Of a DNA stretch of 64,000 nt, positions 36,001 through 51,100 are shown piece after piece. Position 1 is the stretch's first letter. The number at the start of each line of letters is the position of its first letter. The notes beneath the pieces were generated by a model. It had not been told where the DNA came from, did no database searches, and saw only the letters and a program-made list of their open reading frames with translations. Source of the DNA: Haplodiscus bocki (taxonomy: Eukaryota); assembly GCA_965655095.1 (NCBI GenBank), contig OZ296655.1:35340001-35404000 (forward strand), read 5' to 3'. Made by a program: the position numbers and the translations under genes.

Positions 36001-39000
36001 CTCACTCATGCGGCTTCGTTTGTTGAGAGCCATACTTGAATATCTTTTGACTTTGCAAACAAAACTGCAACAGATGAAGTGTGAACATGCTTTTATTGCT
36101 TCTTCTCGAAAATTTTTCTGTTGTTCCACTTCGTTTTACGTGTTATTTGACGTAATATATAATACTCCACTTCGTTTCATGTGTTATTTTGTGTAATGTT
36201 GCCTCCATTACGGATGTTCGGTCACGGAAACGCCCGGCAACCGTACTTTTTCAACACCCTATTTTTCAAACCCATTTTTGAAAGTTATGAAATCCAGACA
36301 AACCCAAATTCGAAAGGTATGGAACCCAGCCAAACACAAGTAACCCAAAAAGTGTGGCCGAGGAAGTCAGAGGGCATGGAAATTTGTTTTGTCAGATGAC
36401 AATCTAAACAGTTGTTTGGCAAATGAATGGCAATGAAGAATGCAATCATCTATGTGATCTGCACACTACGGGAGGCCACATTATAACAGTAACCAGGACG
36501 ACAACCAAAACTTTGATCAAAGATACAACGAAACAATTTGTAGTAGTAAAGACTTTAGTGGTCGTCAACCATACGGGTTTTTCGAACCTTTATTTCCATT
36601 CAGTGTCCCACTGCAAAGTTCATGGCTATTGTCACTTTGTTGTTTTCGTTACAATTTCTACACTTACTGGGAGTACGCCATGTGCAGGAGCTCTCAGTTT
36701 GTACATGGTGTCGATGAAATTCCAAGAAAACTGTGTAACTGATTTTTTGTCCCTGACAGAGTTTGGATTCTTATTGATTGGAAATGCCCATAATTTTGAT
36801 CGTTGAAAGAAATTTCCTCCAGTTTTTTGAAGGCGAGTTTTTCTAGACTGCTGGGGCCTACTGTTTTTGTCTTATTCGCGACTTCACCAATTGTAGGTGG
36901 CTTGTATCGATATAAAAATTAGTTGTTGACAAGTGCGAAGTGGTAGAGATACTCATGTTTTTCCAGGTAGTGTGGGAGAGGTAGAGACTTGACTTTTAGG
37001 AAACTGTCCTCTTGCGTTTTGTTTTGGTGCACCATCTAATTTGTAGCTGTGCGTCGGATGTGCTCCTTGTCTTTCAGTTGGTCATTGGTTGTGTACCGCG
37101 CTTGTGACGTGTCGCTGAATGTATGCAAAACGTATCCTTTGAAAGCAATACTTTGGTGTTTTCACTGCACTTTGGAGTTACGCTTCGTTTCGATGTTTGT
37201 AATGCTCACACTGCTTTTCCACGTCGCCTTCTACAGTTTGCTTTTTATGCCATGGATTTACACACGATGACATCCATGTCTTTTTGATGTTCAACACATT
37301 AATTACTGGTTGTTGAGGTTTGTAGCCAGAGTTTCTCGGAAATTGAAAACCCTGCATTTGTCGACATTCAGAGAAATTGATTTGTTGTTGCACCATTCTG
37401 AGATAGGTTTAGCTGAAATGTCAAGTGGTTTTTGGTTGAGTTCTAGAATTTTGAAGTCATCGGCAATTTGGCAGCTCATTTCACACGTCGTTCCGCTCTC
37501 AATCATGCAGCTTCGTTTGTTGAGAGACATAATTGAATGTCTTTTGACTTTGCAACCATAACTGCAAAAGATGAAAAGTGAACATGCTTCTACTGCTTCT
37601 TCTCGAAAGATTTTTTGTTGTTCCACTTTGTTTCACGTGAAATTTGACGTAATTTAGGTTACTCCACTTCGTTTTATTTGTTATTTTGTGTAATTTTGCC
37701 TCCATTACGGATGTTCCGGGACGGGAACGCCCGGTAACCGTACTTTTTCAATACCCTATTATTCGAACCCATCTTTTAAAGTTATGAAATCCAGACAAAT
37801 CCAAATTCGGAAGGTTAGGAACCCAGCCAAACACAAGTAACCCAAAAAGTATGGCCGAGAAAGTCAGAGGGCATGGAAATTCGTTTTGTCAGATGACAAT
37901 CTAAACAGTTGTTTGGCAAATGAAAGGCAATGAAGAATGCAATCACCTATGTGATCTGCACACTACAGGAGGCCACATTATAACAGTAACCAGGCCGACA
38001 ACCAAAACTTTGATCAAAGATACAACGAAACAATTTGTAGTAGTAAAGATTTTAATGGATGTCAACCATACGGTTTTTCGGACCTTTATTTCGATTCAGT
38101 GTCCGACCGCAAAGTTCATGGCTGTTGTCACTTTGTTGTTTTCGTCACAATTTCCACAGTTGCTGGAATTACGCCATGTGCAGGAGCTATCCAGATTGTA
38201 AATGGTGTCGAAGAAGTTCCAGAAAAATTGTGTCAGTAATTTTTGGTCCTTGACAGAGTTTGGAATTTTATTGATCAGATTTGCCGATGTTTTTGATCGT
38301 TGAAATAAATTTTCTCCAGTTTTATGGAAGCGAGTTTTTCTAGACTGCTGTGGCCTACTGTTTTTGTCTTGTTTGCGACTTCACCAATTCTAGGTGGCTT
38401 GTATCGATAAAAAAACAGTTGTTGACAAGTGCGACGTGGTAGAGCTAGTCATGTTTCTCCATGTAGTGTGGGAGAGGTAGAAACTTGACATTTTGGAAAC
38501 TGCCTTCTTACGGTTTGTTTTGATGCACCATCTTGTTTGTAGCTGTGCGTCGGATGTGCTCCATGTCTTTCAGTTGGTCATTGGTTGTGTACCGAGCTTG
38601 TGACGTGTCGCTGAATGTAGGCAAGACGTATCCCTTGAAAGCAATACTTTGGTGTTTTCACTGCATTTTGGAGATACGCTTCGTTTTTTTGTTTGTAATG
38701 CTGACATTGCTTTTCCACGACGCCTTCTACAGTTTTCCTTTTATGCCATGGATTTAAACACGATGATCCTCATGACTTTTTGATGTTCAACACATTAATT
38801 ACTGGTTGTTCATGTTTGTAGCCAGAGTTACTCGGAAATTGAAAACCCTGCATTTGTCGACATTCAGAGAAATTGAATTGTTGTTGCACCATTCTGAGAT
38901 AAATTTAGCTGAAATGTAAAGTGGCGATTGGTTGAGTTCTAGATTTTTGAAGTCATCGACAATTTCGCAGCTCATTTCACACGTCGTTGCGATCTCACTC

Positions 39001-39118
39001 ATGCAGCATCGTTTGTTGGGAGCCATACTTGGATGTCTTTTGATTTTGCAACCAAAACTGCGAAAGATGAAGTGTGAACAAGCTTTTACTGCTTCTTCTC
39101 GAAAGATTTTCTGTTGTT

Positions 39119-39192
39119 CCACTTCGTTTTACGTGTTATTTGACGTAATTTATGTTACTCCACTTCGTTTTATGTGTTATTTTTTGTAATTT
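39119..39192. repeat. 41-bp internal tandem duplication in array B units (example copy)
   Basis: CCACTTCGTTTTAYGTGTTATTT...GTAATTT starts at 39119 and 39160. Only one copy is present in the short units. Confidence 0.9.
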
Positions 39193-42100
39193 CGCCTCAA
39201 TTACGGAAGTTCCGGCACGGAAACGCACGGCAAGCGTAGTTTTCCAACACCCTATTTTTCAAACCCATTTTTGAAAGTTATGAAATCCAGACAAACCCAA
39301 ATTCGAAAGGTATGGAACCCAGCCAAACACAAGTAACCCAAAAAGTATGGCCGGGAAAATCCGGGGGGATGGAAATTTGTTTTGACAGATGACAATCTAA
39401 ACAATTGTTTGGCAAGTGAATGCCAATGAAAAATGCAATCACCTATGTGATCTGCACACTACGGGAGGCCACATTATAACATTAACCAGGACGACAACCA
39501 AAACTTTGATCAATGATACAACGAAACAATTTGTAGTAGTAAAGACTATAGTGGTTGTCAATCATACTGGTTTTTCGAACCTTTATTTCCTTTCAGTGTC
39601 CCACCGCAAAGTTCATGGCTATTGTCACTTTGTTGTTTTCGTTACAATTTCTACACTTACTGGGAGTACGCCATGTGCAGGAGCTCTCCAGATTGTACAT
39701 GGTGTCGATGAGTTCCAGAAAAACTGTGTCAGTGACTTTTTATCCATGACAGAGTTCGGATTTTTTTAATCCGATTTGCCAATCTTTTTGATCGTTGAAA
39801 GAAATTTTCTCCAGTTTTTTTGAAGCTAGTTTTTCTAGACTGCTGGGGCCTATTGTTTTTGTCTTGTTCGCGATTTCACTAAATTTAGGTGGCTTAAATC
39901 GATATAGAAAACAGTTGTTGACCAATGCGAAGTGGTAGAGCTAATCATGTTTTTCCAGTTAGTGTGGGAGAGGTAGAAAATTGACTTTTTGGAAACTGCC
40001 CTCTTACGGTTTGTTTTGATGCACCACCTCGTTTGTAGCTGTGCGTCGGATGTGCTCCATGTCTTTCAATTGGTCATTGGTTGTGTACCGCGCCTGTGAC
40101 GTGTCGCTGAATGTAGGCAAAACGTATCCTTTGAAGGCAATACTTTGGTGTTTTCACTGCATTTCGGAGATACGCTTCGTTTTGTTGTCTGTAATGCTGA
40201 CATTGCTTTTCCACGTCGCCTTCTACAGTTTTCCTTTTATGCAATGGATTTACACACGTTGATCCTCATAATTTTCTGATGTTCAACACATTAATTACTG
40301 GTTGTTAATGTTTGTAACCAGAGTTACTCGGAAATTGAAAACCCTGCATTTGTCGACATTCAGAGAAATTGAATTGTTGTTGCACCGTTCTTAGATAAAT
40401 TTAGCTGAAATGTCAAGTGGCGATTGGATGAGTTCTAGATTTTGAATTCATCGGCAATTTCGCAGCTCATTTCACACGTCGTTGCGCTCTCACTCATGCA
40501 GCATGGTTTGTTGGGAGCCATACTTGAATGTCTTTTGACTTTGCAACCAAAACTGCAAAAGATGAAGTGTGAACATGCTTTCACTGCTTCTTCTCGAAAG
40601 ATTTTCTGTTGTTCCACTTCGTTTTACGTGTTATTTGACGTAATTTATGTTACTCCACTTCGTTTTATGTGTTATTTTTTGTAATTTCGCCTCAATTACG
40701 GAAGTTCCGGCACGGAAACGCACGGCAAGCGTAGTTTTCCAACACCCTATTTTTCAAACCCATTTTTGAAAGTTATGAAATCCAGACAAACCCAAATTCG
40801 AAAGGTATGGAACCCAGCCAAACACAAGTAACCCAAAAAGTATGGCCGAGAAAGTCAGAGGGCATGGAAATTTGTTTTGACAGATGACAATCTAAACAAT
40901 TGTTTGGCAAGTGAATGGCAATGAAGAATGCAATCACCTATGTGATCTGCACACTACGGGAGGCCACATTATAACATTAACCAGGACGACAACCAAAACT
41001 TCGATCAAAGATACAACGAAACAATTTGTAGTAGTAAAGACTTTAGTGGTTGTCAACCATACTGGTTTTTCGAACCTTTATTTCCATTCAGTGTCCCACC
41101 GCAAAGTTCATGGCTATTGTCACTTTGTTGTTTTCGTTACAATTTCTACACTTACTGGGAGTACGCCATGTGCAGGAGCTCTCCAGATTGTACATGGTGT
41201 CGAAGGAGTTCCAGAAAAACTGTGTCAGTGACTTCTTATCCATGACAGAGTTCGGGTTTTTATTGATCCGATTTGCCAATCTTTTTGATCGTTGAAAAAA
41301 ATTTTCTGCAGTTTTTTGGAAGCGAGTTTTTCTAGACTGCTGGGGCCTATTGTTTTTGTCTTGTTCGCGATTTCACCAAATCTAGGTGGCTTGTATCGAT
41401 ATAAAAAACAGTTGTTGACCAATGCGAAGTGGTAGAGCTAATCATGTTTTTCCAGGTAGTGTGGGAGAGGTCGAAACTTGACTTTTTGGAAACAGTCTTA
41501 TTACGGTTTGTTTTGATGCACCATCTAAGTTGTAGCTGTGCGTCGTATGTGCTCCATGTCTTTTAGTTGGTCATTAGTTGTGTACCCCGCTTGTGACGTG
41601 TCGCTGAAGGTAGGCAAAACGTATGCTTTGAAAGGAATACTTTGGTGTTTTCACTGCATTTTGGAGATACGCTTCGTTTTGTTGTTTGTAATGCTGACAT
41701 TGCATTTCCACGTCGCCTTCTACAGTTTTTTTATGCCATGGTTTTACACACGATGATCCCCATGTCTTTTTGTTGTTCAACACTTTAATTACTGGTTGTT
41801 AAGGTTTCTAGCCAGAGTTCTTAGGAAATTGAAATCCCTGCTTTTATCGACATTCAGAGAAATTGAATTGTTGTTGCACCGTTCTTAGATAAATTTAGCT
41901 GAAATGTCAAGTGGCGATTGGATGAGTTCTAGATTTTGAATTCATCGGCAATTTCGCAGCTCATTTCACACGTCGTTGCGCTCTCACTCATGCAGCATGG
42001 TTTGTTGGGAGCCATACTTGAATGTCTTTTGACTTTGCAACCAAAACTGCAAAAGATGAAGTGTGAAAATGCTTTTACTGCTTCTTCTCGAAAGATTTTC

Positions 42101-45100
42101 TGTTGTTCCACTTCGTTTTACGTGTTATTTTGAGTAATTTTGCCACCATTACGGATGTTCCGGGAGGGAACGCCCGGTAACCACACTTTTTCAATACCCT
42201 ATTATAGGAACCCATCTTTTAAAGTTATGAAATCCAGACAAATCCAATTTCGGAGGGTTTGGAACCCAGCCAAACACAAGTAACCCAAAATGTATGGCCG
42301 AGAAAGTCAGAGGGCATGGAAATTTGTTTTGTCAGATGACAATCTAAACAGTTGTTTGGCAAATGAATGGCAATGAAGAATGCAATCACCTATGTGATCT
42401 GCACACTACAGGAGGCCAGATTATAACAGTAACCAGGACGACAACCAAAATTTTGATCAAAGATACAACGAAACAATTTGTAGTAGTAAAGACTTTAGTG
42501 GGTGTCAACCATACGGGATTTTCGGACCTTTATTTCCATTCAGTGTCCGACCGCAAAGTTCATGGTTGTTGTCACTTTGTTGTTTTCGTTACAAATTCCA
42601 CAGTTGCTGGAATTACGCCATGTGCAGGAGCTATCCGGATTGTACATGGTGTCGAGGAAGTTCCAGAAAAACTGTGTCAGTGACTTTTTGTCCATGACAG
42701 AGTTTGGATTCTTATTGATCAGAATTGCCAATCTTTTTGATCGTTGAAAGAAAATTTCTCCAGTTTTTTGGAAGCGAGTTTTTCAAGACTGCTGGGGCCT
42801 ACTGCTTTTGTGTTGTTCGCGACTTCACCATTTCAAGGTGGCTTGTATCAGTATAAAAAACAGTTGTTGACCAATGCCAAGTGGTAGAGCTAATCATGTT
42901 TTTCCAGGTAGTGTGGGAGAGGTCGAAACTTGACTTTTTGGAAACAGTCTTATTACGGTTTGTTTTGATGCACCATCTAAGTTGTAGCTGTGCGTCGTAT
43001 GTGCTCCATGTCTTTTAGTTGGTCATTAGTTGTGTACCCCGCTTGTGACGTGTCGCTGAAGGTAGGCAAAACGTATGCTTTGAAAGGAATACTTTGGTGT
43101 TTTCACTGCATTTTGGAGATACGCTTCGTTTTGTTGTTTGTAATGCTGACATTGCATTTCCACGTCGCCTTCTACAGTTTTTTTATGCCATGGTTTTACA
43201 CACGATGATCCCCATGTCTTTTTGATGTTCAACACTTTAATTACTGGTTGTTAAGGTTTCTAGCCAGAGTTCTTAGGAAATTGAAATCCCTGCTTTTGCC
43301 GACATTCAGAGAAATTGAATTGTTGTTGCACCATTCTGAAGGAAAATTTAGCTGAAATGTCAAGTGGCGTGTGGTTGAGTTCTAGATTTTTGAAGTCATC
43401 GACAATTTCGCAGCTCATTTCACACGTCGTTGCGATCTCACTCATGCAGCATCGTTTGTTGGGAGCCATACTTGGATGTCTTTTGATTTTGCAACCAAAA
43501 CTGCGAAAGATGAAGTGTGAACAAGCTTTTACTGCTTCTTCTCGAAAGATTTTCTGTTGTTCCACTTCGTTTTACGTGTTATTTGACGTAATTTATGTTA
43601 CTCCACTTCGTTTTATGTGTTATTTTGTGTAATTTCGCCTCAATTACGGAAGTTCCGGCACGGAAACGCACGGCAAGCGTAGTTTTCCAACACCCTATTT
43701 TTCAAACCCATTTTTGAAAGTTATGAAATCCAGACAAACCCAAATTCGAAAGGTATGGAACCCAGCCAAACACAAGTAACCCAAAAAGTATGGCCGAGAA
43801 AGTCAGAGGGCATGGAAATTTGTTTTGACAGATGACAATCTAAACAATTGTTTGGCAAGTGAATGCCAATGAAAAATGCAATCACCTATGTGATCTGCAC
43901 ACTACGGGAGGCCACATTATAACATTAACCAGGACGACAACCAAAACTTTGATCAAAGATACAACGAAACAATTTGTAGTAGTAAAGACTTTAGTGGTTG
44001 TCAACCATACTGGTTCTTCGAACCTTTATTTCCATTCAGTGTCCCACCGCAAAGTTCATGGCTATTGTCACTTTGTTGTTTTCGTTACAATTTCTACACT
44101 TACTGGGAGTACGCCATGTGCAGGAGCCTTCCAGATTGTACATGGTGTCGAATGAGTTCCAGAAAAACTGTGTCAGTGACTTTTTATCCATGACAGAGTT
44201 CGGATTTTTATTGATCCGATTTGCCAATCCCTTTGATCGTTGAAAAAAACTTTCTCCAGTTTTTTTGGAGCGAGTTTTTCTAGACTGCTGGGGCCTATTG
44301 TTTTTGTCTTGTTCCCGATTTCACTAAATCTAGGTGGCTTGTATCGATATAAAAAACAGTTGTTGACCAATGCGAAGTGGTAGAGCTAATCATGTTTTTC
44401 CAGGTAGTGTGGGAGAGGTCGAAACTTGACTTTTTGGAAACAGTCTTATTACGGTTTGTTTTGATGCACCATCTAAGTTGTAGCTGTGCGTCGTATGTGC
44501 TCCATGTCTTTTAGTTGGTCATTAGTTGTGTACCCCGCTTGTGACGTGTCGCTGAAGGTAGGCAAAACGTATGCTTTGAAGGCAATACTTTGGTGTTTTC
44601 ACTGCATTTCGGAGATACGCTTCGTTTTGTTGTTTGTAATGCTGACATTGCAGTTCCACGTCGCCTTCTACAGTTTTCCTTTTATGCCATGGTTTTACAC
44701 ACGATGATCCTCATGACTTTATGTTGTTCAACACATTAATTACTGGTTGTTAATGTTTCTAGCCAGAGTTACTCGGAAAGTGAAAACCCTGCATTTGTCG
44801 ACATTCAGAGAAATTGAATTGTTGTTGCACCATTCTGAGATGAATTTAGCTGAAATGTCAAGTGGCGATTGATTGAGTTCTAGATTTTGAAGTCATCGGC
44901 AATTTCGCAGCTCATTTCACACGTCGTTGCGCTCTCACTCATGCAGCATCGTTTGTTGGGAGCCATACTTGAATGTCTTTTGACTTTGCAACGAAAGCTG
45001 CAAAAGATGAAGTGTGAAAATGCTTTTACTGCTTCTTCTCGAAAGATTTTCTGTTGTTCCACTTCGTTTTACGTGTTATTTTGAGTAATTTTGCCACCAT

Positions 45101-48100
45101 TACGGATGTTCCGGGAGGGAACGCCCGGTAACCACACTTTTTCAATACCCTATTATAGGAACCCATCTTTTAAAGTTATGAAATCCAGACAAATCCAATT
45201 TCGGAGGGTTTGGAACCCAGCCAAACACAAGTAACCCAAAATGTATGGCCGAGAAAGTCAGAGGGCATGGAAATTTGTTTTGTCAGATGACAATCTAAAC
45301 AGTTGTTTGGCAAATGAATGGCAATGAAGAATGCAATCACCTATGTGATCTGCACACTACAGGAGGCCAGATTATAACAGTAACCAGGACGACAACCAAA
45401 ATTTTGATCAAAGATACAACGAAACAATTTGTAGTAGTAAAGACTTTAGTGGGTGTCAACCATACGGGATTTTCGGACCTTTATTTCCATTCAGTGTCCG
45501 ACCGCAAAGTTCATGGTTGTTGTCACTTTGTTGTTTTCGTTACAAATTCCACAGTTGCTGGAATTACGCCATGTGCAGGAGCTATCCGGATTGTACATGG
45601 TGTCGAGGAAGTTCCAGAAAAACTGTGTCAGTGACTTTTTGTCCATGACAGAGTTTGGATTCTTATTGATCAGAATTGCCAATCTTTTTGATCGTTGAAA
45701 GAAAATTTCTCCAGTTTTTTGGAAGCGAGTTTTTCAAGACTGCTGGGGCCTACTGCTTTTGTGTTGTTCGCGACTTCACCATTTCAAGGTGGCTTGTATC
45801 AGTATAAAAAACAGTTGTTGACCAATGCCAAGTGGTAGAGCTAATCATGTTTTTCCAGGTAGTGTGGGAGAGGTCGAAACTTGACTTTTTGGAAACAGTC
45901 TTATTACGGTTTGTTTTGATGCACCATCTAAGTTGTAGCTGTGCGTCGTATGTGCTCCATGTCTTTTAGTTGGTCATTAGTTGTGTACCCCGCTTGTGAC
46001 GTGTCGCTGAAGGTAGGCAAAACGTATGCTTTGAAAGGAATACTTTGGTGTTTTCACTGCATTTTGGAGATACGCTTCGTTTTGTTGTTTGTAATGCTGA
46101 CATTGCATTTCCACGTCGCCTTCTACAGTTTTTTTATGCCATGGTTTTACACACGATGATCCCCATGTCTTTTTGATGTTCAACACTTTAATTACTGGTT
46201 GTTAAGGTTTCTAGCCAGAGTTCTTAGGAAATTGAAATCCCTGCTTTTGCCGACATTCAGAGAAATTGAATTGTTGTTGCACCATTCTGAAGGAAAATTT
46301 AGCTGAAATGTCAAGTGGCGTGTGGTTGAGTTCTAGATTTTTGAAGTCATCGACAATTTCGCAGCTCATTTCACACGTCGTTGCGATCTCACTCATGCAG
46401 CATCGTTTGTTGGGAGCCATACTTGGATGTCTTTTGATTTTGCAACCAAAACTGCGAAAGATGAAGTGTGAACAAGCTTTTACTGCTTCTTCTCGAAAGA
46501 TTTTCTGTTGTTCCACTTCGTTTTACGTGTTATTTGACGTAATTTATGTTACTCCACTTCGTTTTATGTGTTATTTTGTGTAATTTCGCCTCAATTACGG
46601 AAGTTCCGGCACGGAAACGCACGGCAAGCGTAGTTTTCCAACACCCTATTTTTCAAACCCATTTTTGAAAGTTATGAAATCCAGACAAACCCAAATTCGA
46701 AAGGTATGGAACCCAGCCAAACACAAGTAACCCAAAAAGTATGGCCGAGAAAGTCAGAGGGCATGGAAATTTGTTTTGACAGATGACAATCTAAACAATT
46801 GTTTGGCAAGTGAATGCCAATGAAAAATGCAATCACCTATGTGATCTGCACACTACGGGAGGCCACATTATAACATTAACCAGGACGACAACCAAAACTT
46901 TGATCAAAGATACAACGAAACAATTTGTAGTAGTAAAGACTTTAGTGGTTGTCAACCATACTGGTTCTTCGAACCTTTATTTCCATTCAGTGTCCCACCG
47001 CAAAGTTCATGGCTATTGTCACTTTGTTGTTTTCGTTACAATTTCTACACTTACTGGGAGTACGCCATGTGCAGGAGCCTTCCAGATTGTACATGGTGTC
47101 GAATGAGTTCCAGAAAAACTGTGTCAGTGACTTTTTATCCATGACAGAGTTCGGATTTTTATTGATCCGATTTGCCAATCCCTTTGATCGTTGAAAAAAA
47201 CTTTCTCCAGTTTTTTTGAAGCGAGTTTTTCTAGACTGCTGGGGCCTATTGTTTTTGTCTTGTTCCCGATTTCACTAAATCTAGGTGGCTTGTATCGATA
47301 TAAAAAACAGTTGTTGACCAATGCGAAGTGGTAGAGCTAATCATGTTTTTCCAGGTAGTGTGGGAGAGGTCGAAACTTGACTTTTTGGAAACAGTCTTAT
47401 TACGGTTTGTTTTGATGCACCATCTAAGTTGTAGCTGTGCGTCGTATGTGCTCCATGTCTTTTAGTTGGTCATTAGTTGTGTACCCCGCTTGTGACGTGT
47501 CGCTGAAGGTAGGCAAAACGTATGCTTTGAAAGGAATACTTTGGTGTTTTCACTGCATTTTGGAGATACGCTTCGTTTTGTTGTTTGTAATGCTGACATT
47601 GCATTTCCACGTCGCCTTCTACAGTTTTTTTATGCCATGGTTTTACACACGATGATCCCCATGTCTTTTTGTTGTTCAACACTTTAATTACTGGTTGTTA
47701 AAGTTTCTAGCCAGAGTTCTTAGGAAATTGAAATCCCTGCTTTTGTCGACATTCAGAGAAATTGAATTGTTGTTGCACCATTCTGAGGAAAATTTAGATG
47801 AAATGTCAAGTGGCGTGTGGTTGAGTTCTAGAATTTTGAAGTCATCGGCAATTTCGCAGCTCATTTCACACGTCGTTGCGCTCTCACTCATGCGGCTTCG
47901 TTTGTTGAGAGCCATACTTGAATGTTTTTTGACTTTGCAACGAAAGCTGCAAAAGATGAAGTGTGAAAATGCTTTTACTGCTTCTTCTCGAAAGATTTTC
48001 TGTTGTTCCACTTCGTTTTACGTGTTATTTTGAGTAATTTTGCCACCATTACGGATGTTCCGGGAGGGAACGCCCGGTAACCACACTTTTTCAATACCCT

Positions 48101-51100
48101 ATTATAGGAACCCATCTTTTAAAGTTATGAAATCCAGACAAATCCAATTTCGGAGGGTTTGGAACCCAGCCAAACACAAGTAACCCAAAATGTATGGCCG
48201 AGAAAGTCAGAGGTCATGGAAATTTGTTTTGTCAGATGACAATCTAAACAGTTGTTTGGCAAATGAATGGCAATGAAGAATGCAATCACCTATGTGATCT
48301 GCACACTACAGGAGGCCAGATTATAACAGTAACCAGGACGACAACCAAAATTTTGATCAAAGATACAACGAAACAATTTGTAGTAGTAAAGACTTTAGTG
48401 GGTGTCAACCATACGGGATTTTCGGACCTTTATTTCCATTCAGTGTCCGACCGCAAAGTTCATGGTTGTTGTCACTTTGTTGTTTTCGTTACAAATTCCA
48501 CAGTTGCTGGAATTACGCCATGTGCAGGAGCTATCCGGATTGTACATGGTGTCGAGGAAGTTCCAGAAAAACTGTGTCAGTGACTTTTTGTCCATGACAG
48601 AGTTTGGATTCTTATTGATCAGAATTGCCAATCTTTTTGATCGTTGAAAGAAAATTTCTCCAGTTTTTTGGAAGCGAGTTTTTCAAGACTGCTGGGGCCT
48701 ACTGCTTTTGTGTTGTTCGCGACTTCACCATTTCAAGGTGGCTTGTATCAGTATAAAAAACAGTTGTTGACCAATGCCAAGTGGTAGAGCTAATCATGTT
48801 TTTCCAGGTAGTGTGGGAGAGGTCGAAACTTGACTTTTTGGAAACAGTCTTATTACGGTTTGTTTTGATGCACCATCTAAGTTGTAGCTGTGCGTCGTAT
48901 GTGCTCCATGTCTTTTAGTTGGTCATTAGTTGTGTACCCCGCTTGTGACGTGTCGCTGAAGGTAGGCAAAACGTATGCTTTGAAAGGAATACTTTGGTGT
49001 TTTCACTGCATTTTGGAGATACGCTTCGTTTTGTTGTTTGTAATGCTGACATTGCATTTCCACGTCGCCTTCTACAGTTTTTTTATGCCATGGTTTTACA
49101 CACGATGATCCCCATGTCTTTTTGATGTTCAACACTTTAATTACTGGTTGTTAAGGTTTCTAGCCAGAGTTCTTAGGAAATTGAAATCCCTGCTTTTGCC
49201 GACATTCAGAGAAATTGAATTGTTGTTGCACCATTCTGAAGGAAAATTTAGCTGAAATGTCAAGTGGCGTGTGGTTGAGTTCTAGAATTTTGAAGTCATC
49301 GGCAATTTCGCAGCTCATTTCACACGTCGTTGCGCTCTCACTCATGCAGTATCGTTTGTTGGGAGCCATACTTGAATGTCTTTTGACTTTGCAACCAAAA
49401 CTGCAACAGATGAAGTGTGAACATGCTTTTACTGCTTCTTCTCGAAAAATTTTCTGTTGTTCCACATCGTTTTACGTGTTATTTGACGTAATTTATGTTA
49501 CTCCACTTCCTTTTATGTGTTATTTTGTGTAATTTCGCCTCCATTACGGAAGTTCCGGCACGGAAACGCACGGCAACCGTAGTTTTCCAACACCCTATTT
49601 TTCAAACCCATTTTTGAAAGTTATGAAATCCAGACAAACCCAAATTCGAAAGGTATGGAACCCAGCCAAACACAAGTAACCCAAAAAGTACGGCCGAGAA
49701 AGTCAGAGGGCATGGAATTCTTTTTTGACAGATGACAATTTAAACAATTGTTTGGCAAGTGAATGGCAATGAAGAATGCAATCACCTATGTGATCTGCAC
49801 ACTACGGGAGGCCACATTATAACATTAACCAGGACGACAACCAAAACTTTGATCAAAGATACAACGAAACAATTTGTAGTAGTAAAGACTTTAGTGGTTG
49901 TCAACCATACTGGTTCTTCGAACCTTTATTTCCATTCAGTGTCCCACCGCAAAGTTCATGGCTATTGTCACTTTGTTGTTTTCGTTACAATTTCTACACT
50001 TACTGGGAGTACGCCATGTGCAGGAGCCTTCCAGATTGTACATGGTGTCGAATGAGTTCCAGAAAAACTGTGTCAGTGACTTTTTATCCATGACAGAGTT
50101 CGGATTTTTATTGATCCGATTTGCCAATCCTTTTGATCGTTGAAAAAAACTTTCTCCAGTTTTTTTGAAGCGAGTTTTTCTAGACTGCTGGGGCCTATTG
50201 TTTTTGTCTTGTTCCCGATTTCACTAATTCTAGGTGGCTTGTATCGATATAAAAAACAGTTGTTGACCAATGCGAAGTGGTAGAGCTAATCATGTTTTTC
50301 CAGGTAGTGTGGGAGAGGTCGAAACTTGACTTTTTGGAAACAGTCTTCTTACGGTTTGTTTTGATGCACCATCTAAGTTGTAGTTGTGCGTCGTAAGTGC
50401 TCCATGTCTTTTAGTTGGTCATTGGTTGTGTACCGCGCCTGTGACGTGTCGCTGAAGGTAGGCAAAAAGTATGCTTTGAAAGGAATACTTTGGTGTTTTC
50501 ACTGCATTTTGGAGATACGCTTCGTTTTGTTGTTTGTAATGCTGACATTGCATTTCCACGTCGCCTTCTACAGTTTTTTTATGCCATGGTTTTACACACG
50601 ATGATCCCCATGTCTTTTTGTTGTTCAACACTTTAATTACTGGTTGTTAAGGTTTCTAGCCAGAGTTCTTAGGAAATTGAAATCCCTGCTTTTGTCGACA
50701 TTCAGAGAAATTGAATTGTTGTTGCGCCATTCTGAGGAAAATTTAGCTGAAATGTCAAGTGGCGTTTGGTTGAGTTCTAGAATTTTGAAGTCATCGGCAT
50801 TTTCGCAGCTCATTTCACACGTCGTTGCGCTCTCACTCATGCGGCTTCGTTTGTTGAGAGCCATACTTGAATGTCTTTTGACTTTGCAACCAAAACTGCA
50901 ACAGATGAAGTGTGAACATGCTTTTATTGCTTCTTCTCGAAAATTTTTCTGTTGTTCCACTTCGTTTTACGTGTTATTTGACGTAATATATGTTATTCCA
51001 CTTCGTTTCATGTGTTATTTTGTGTAAAGTTGCCTCCATTACGGATGTTCGGGCACGGAAACGCCCGGCAACCGTACTTTTTCAACACCCTATTTTTCAA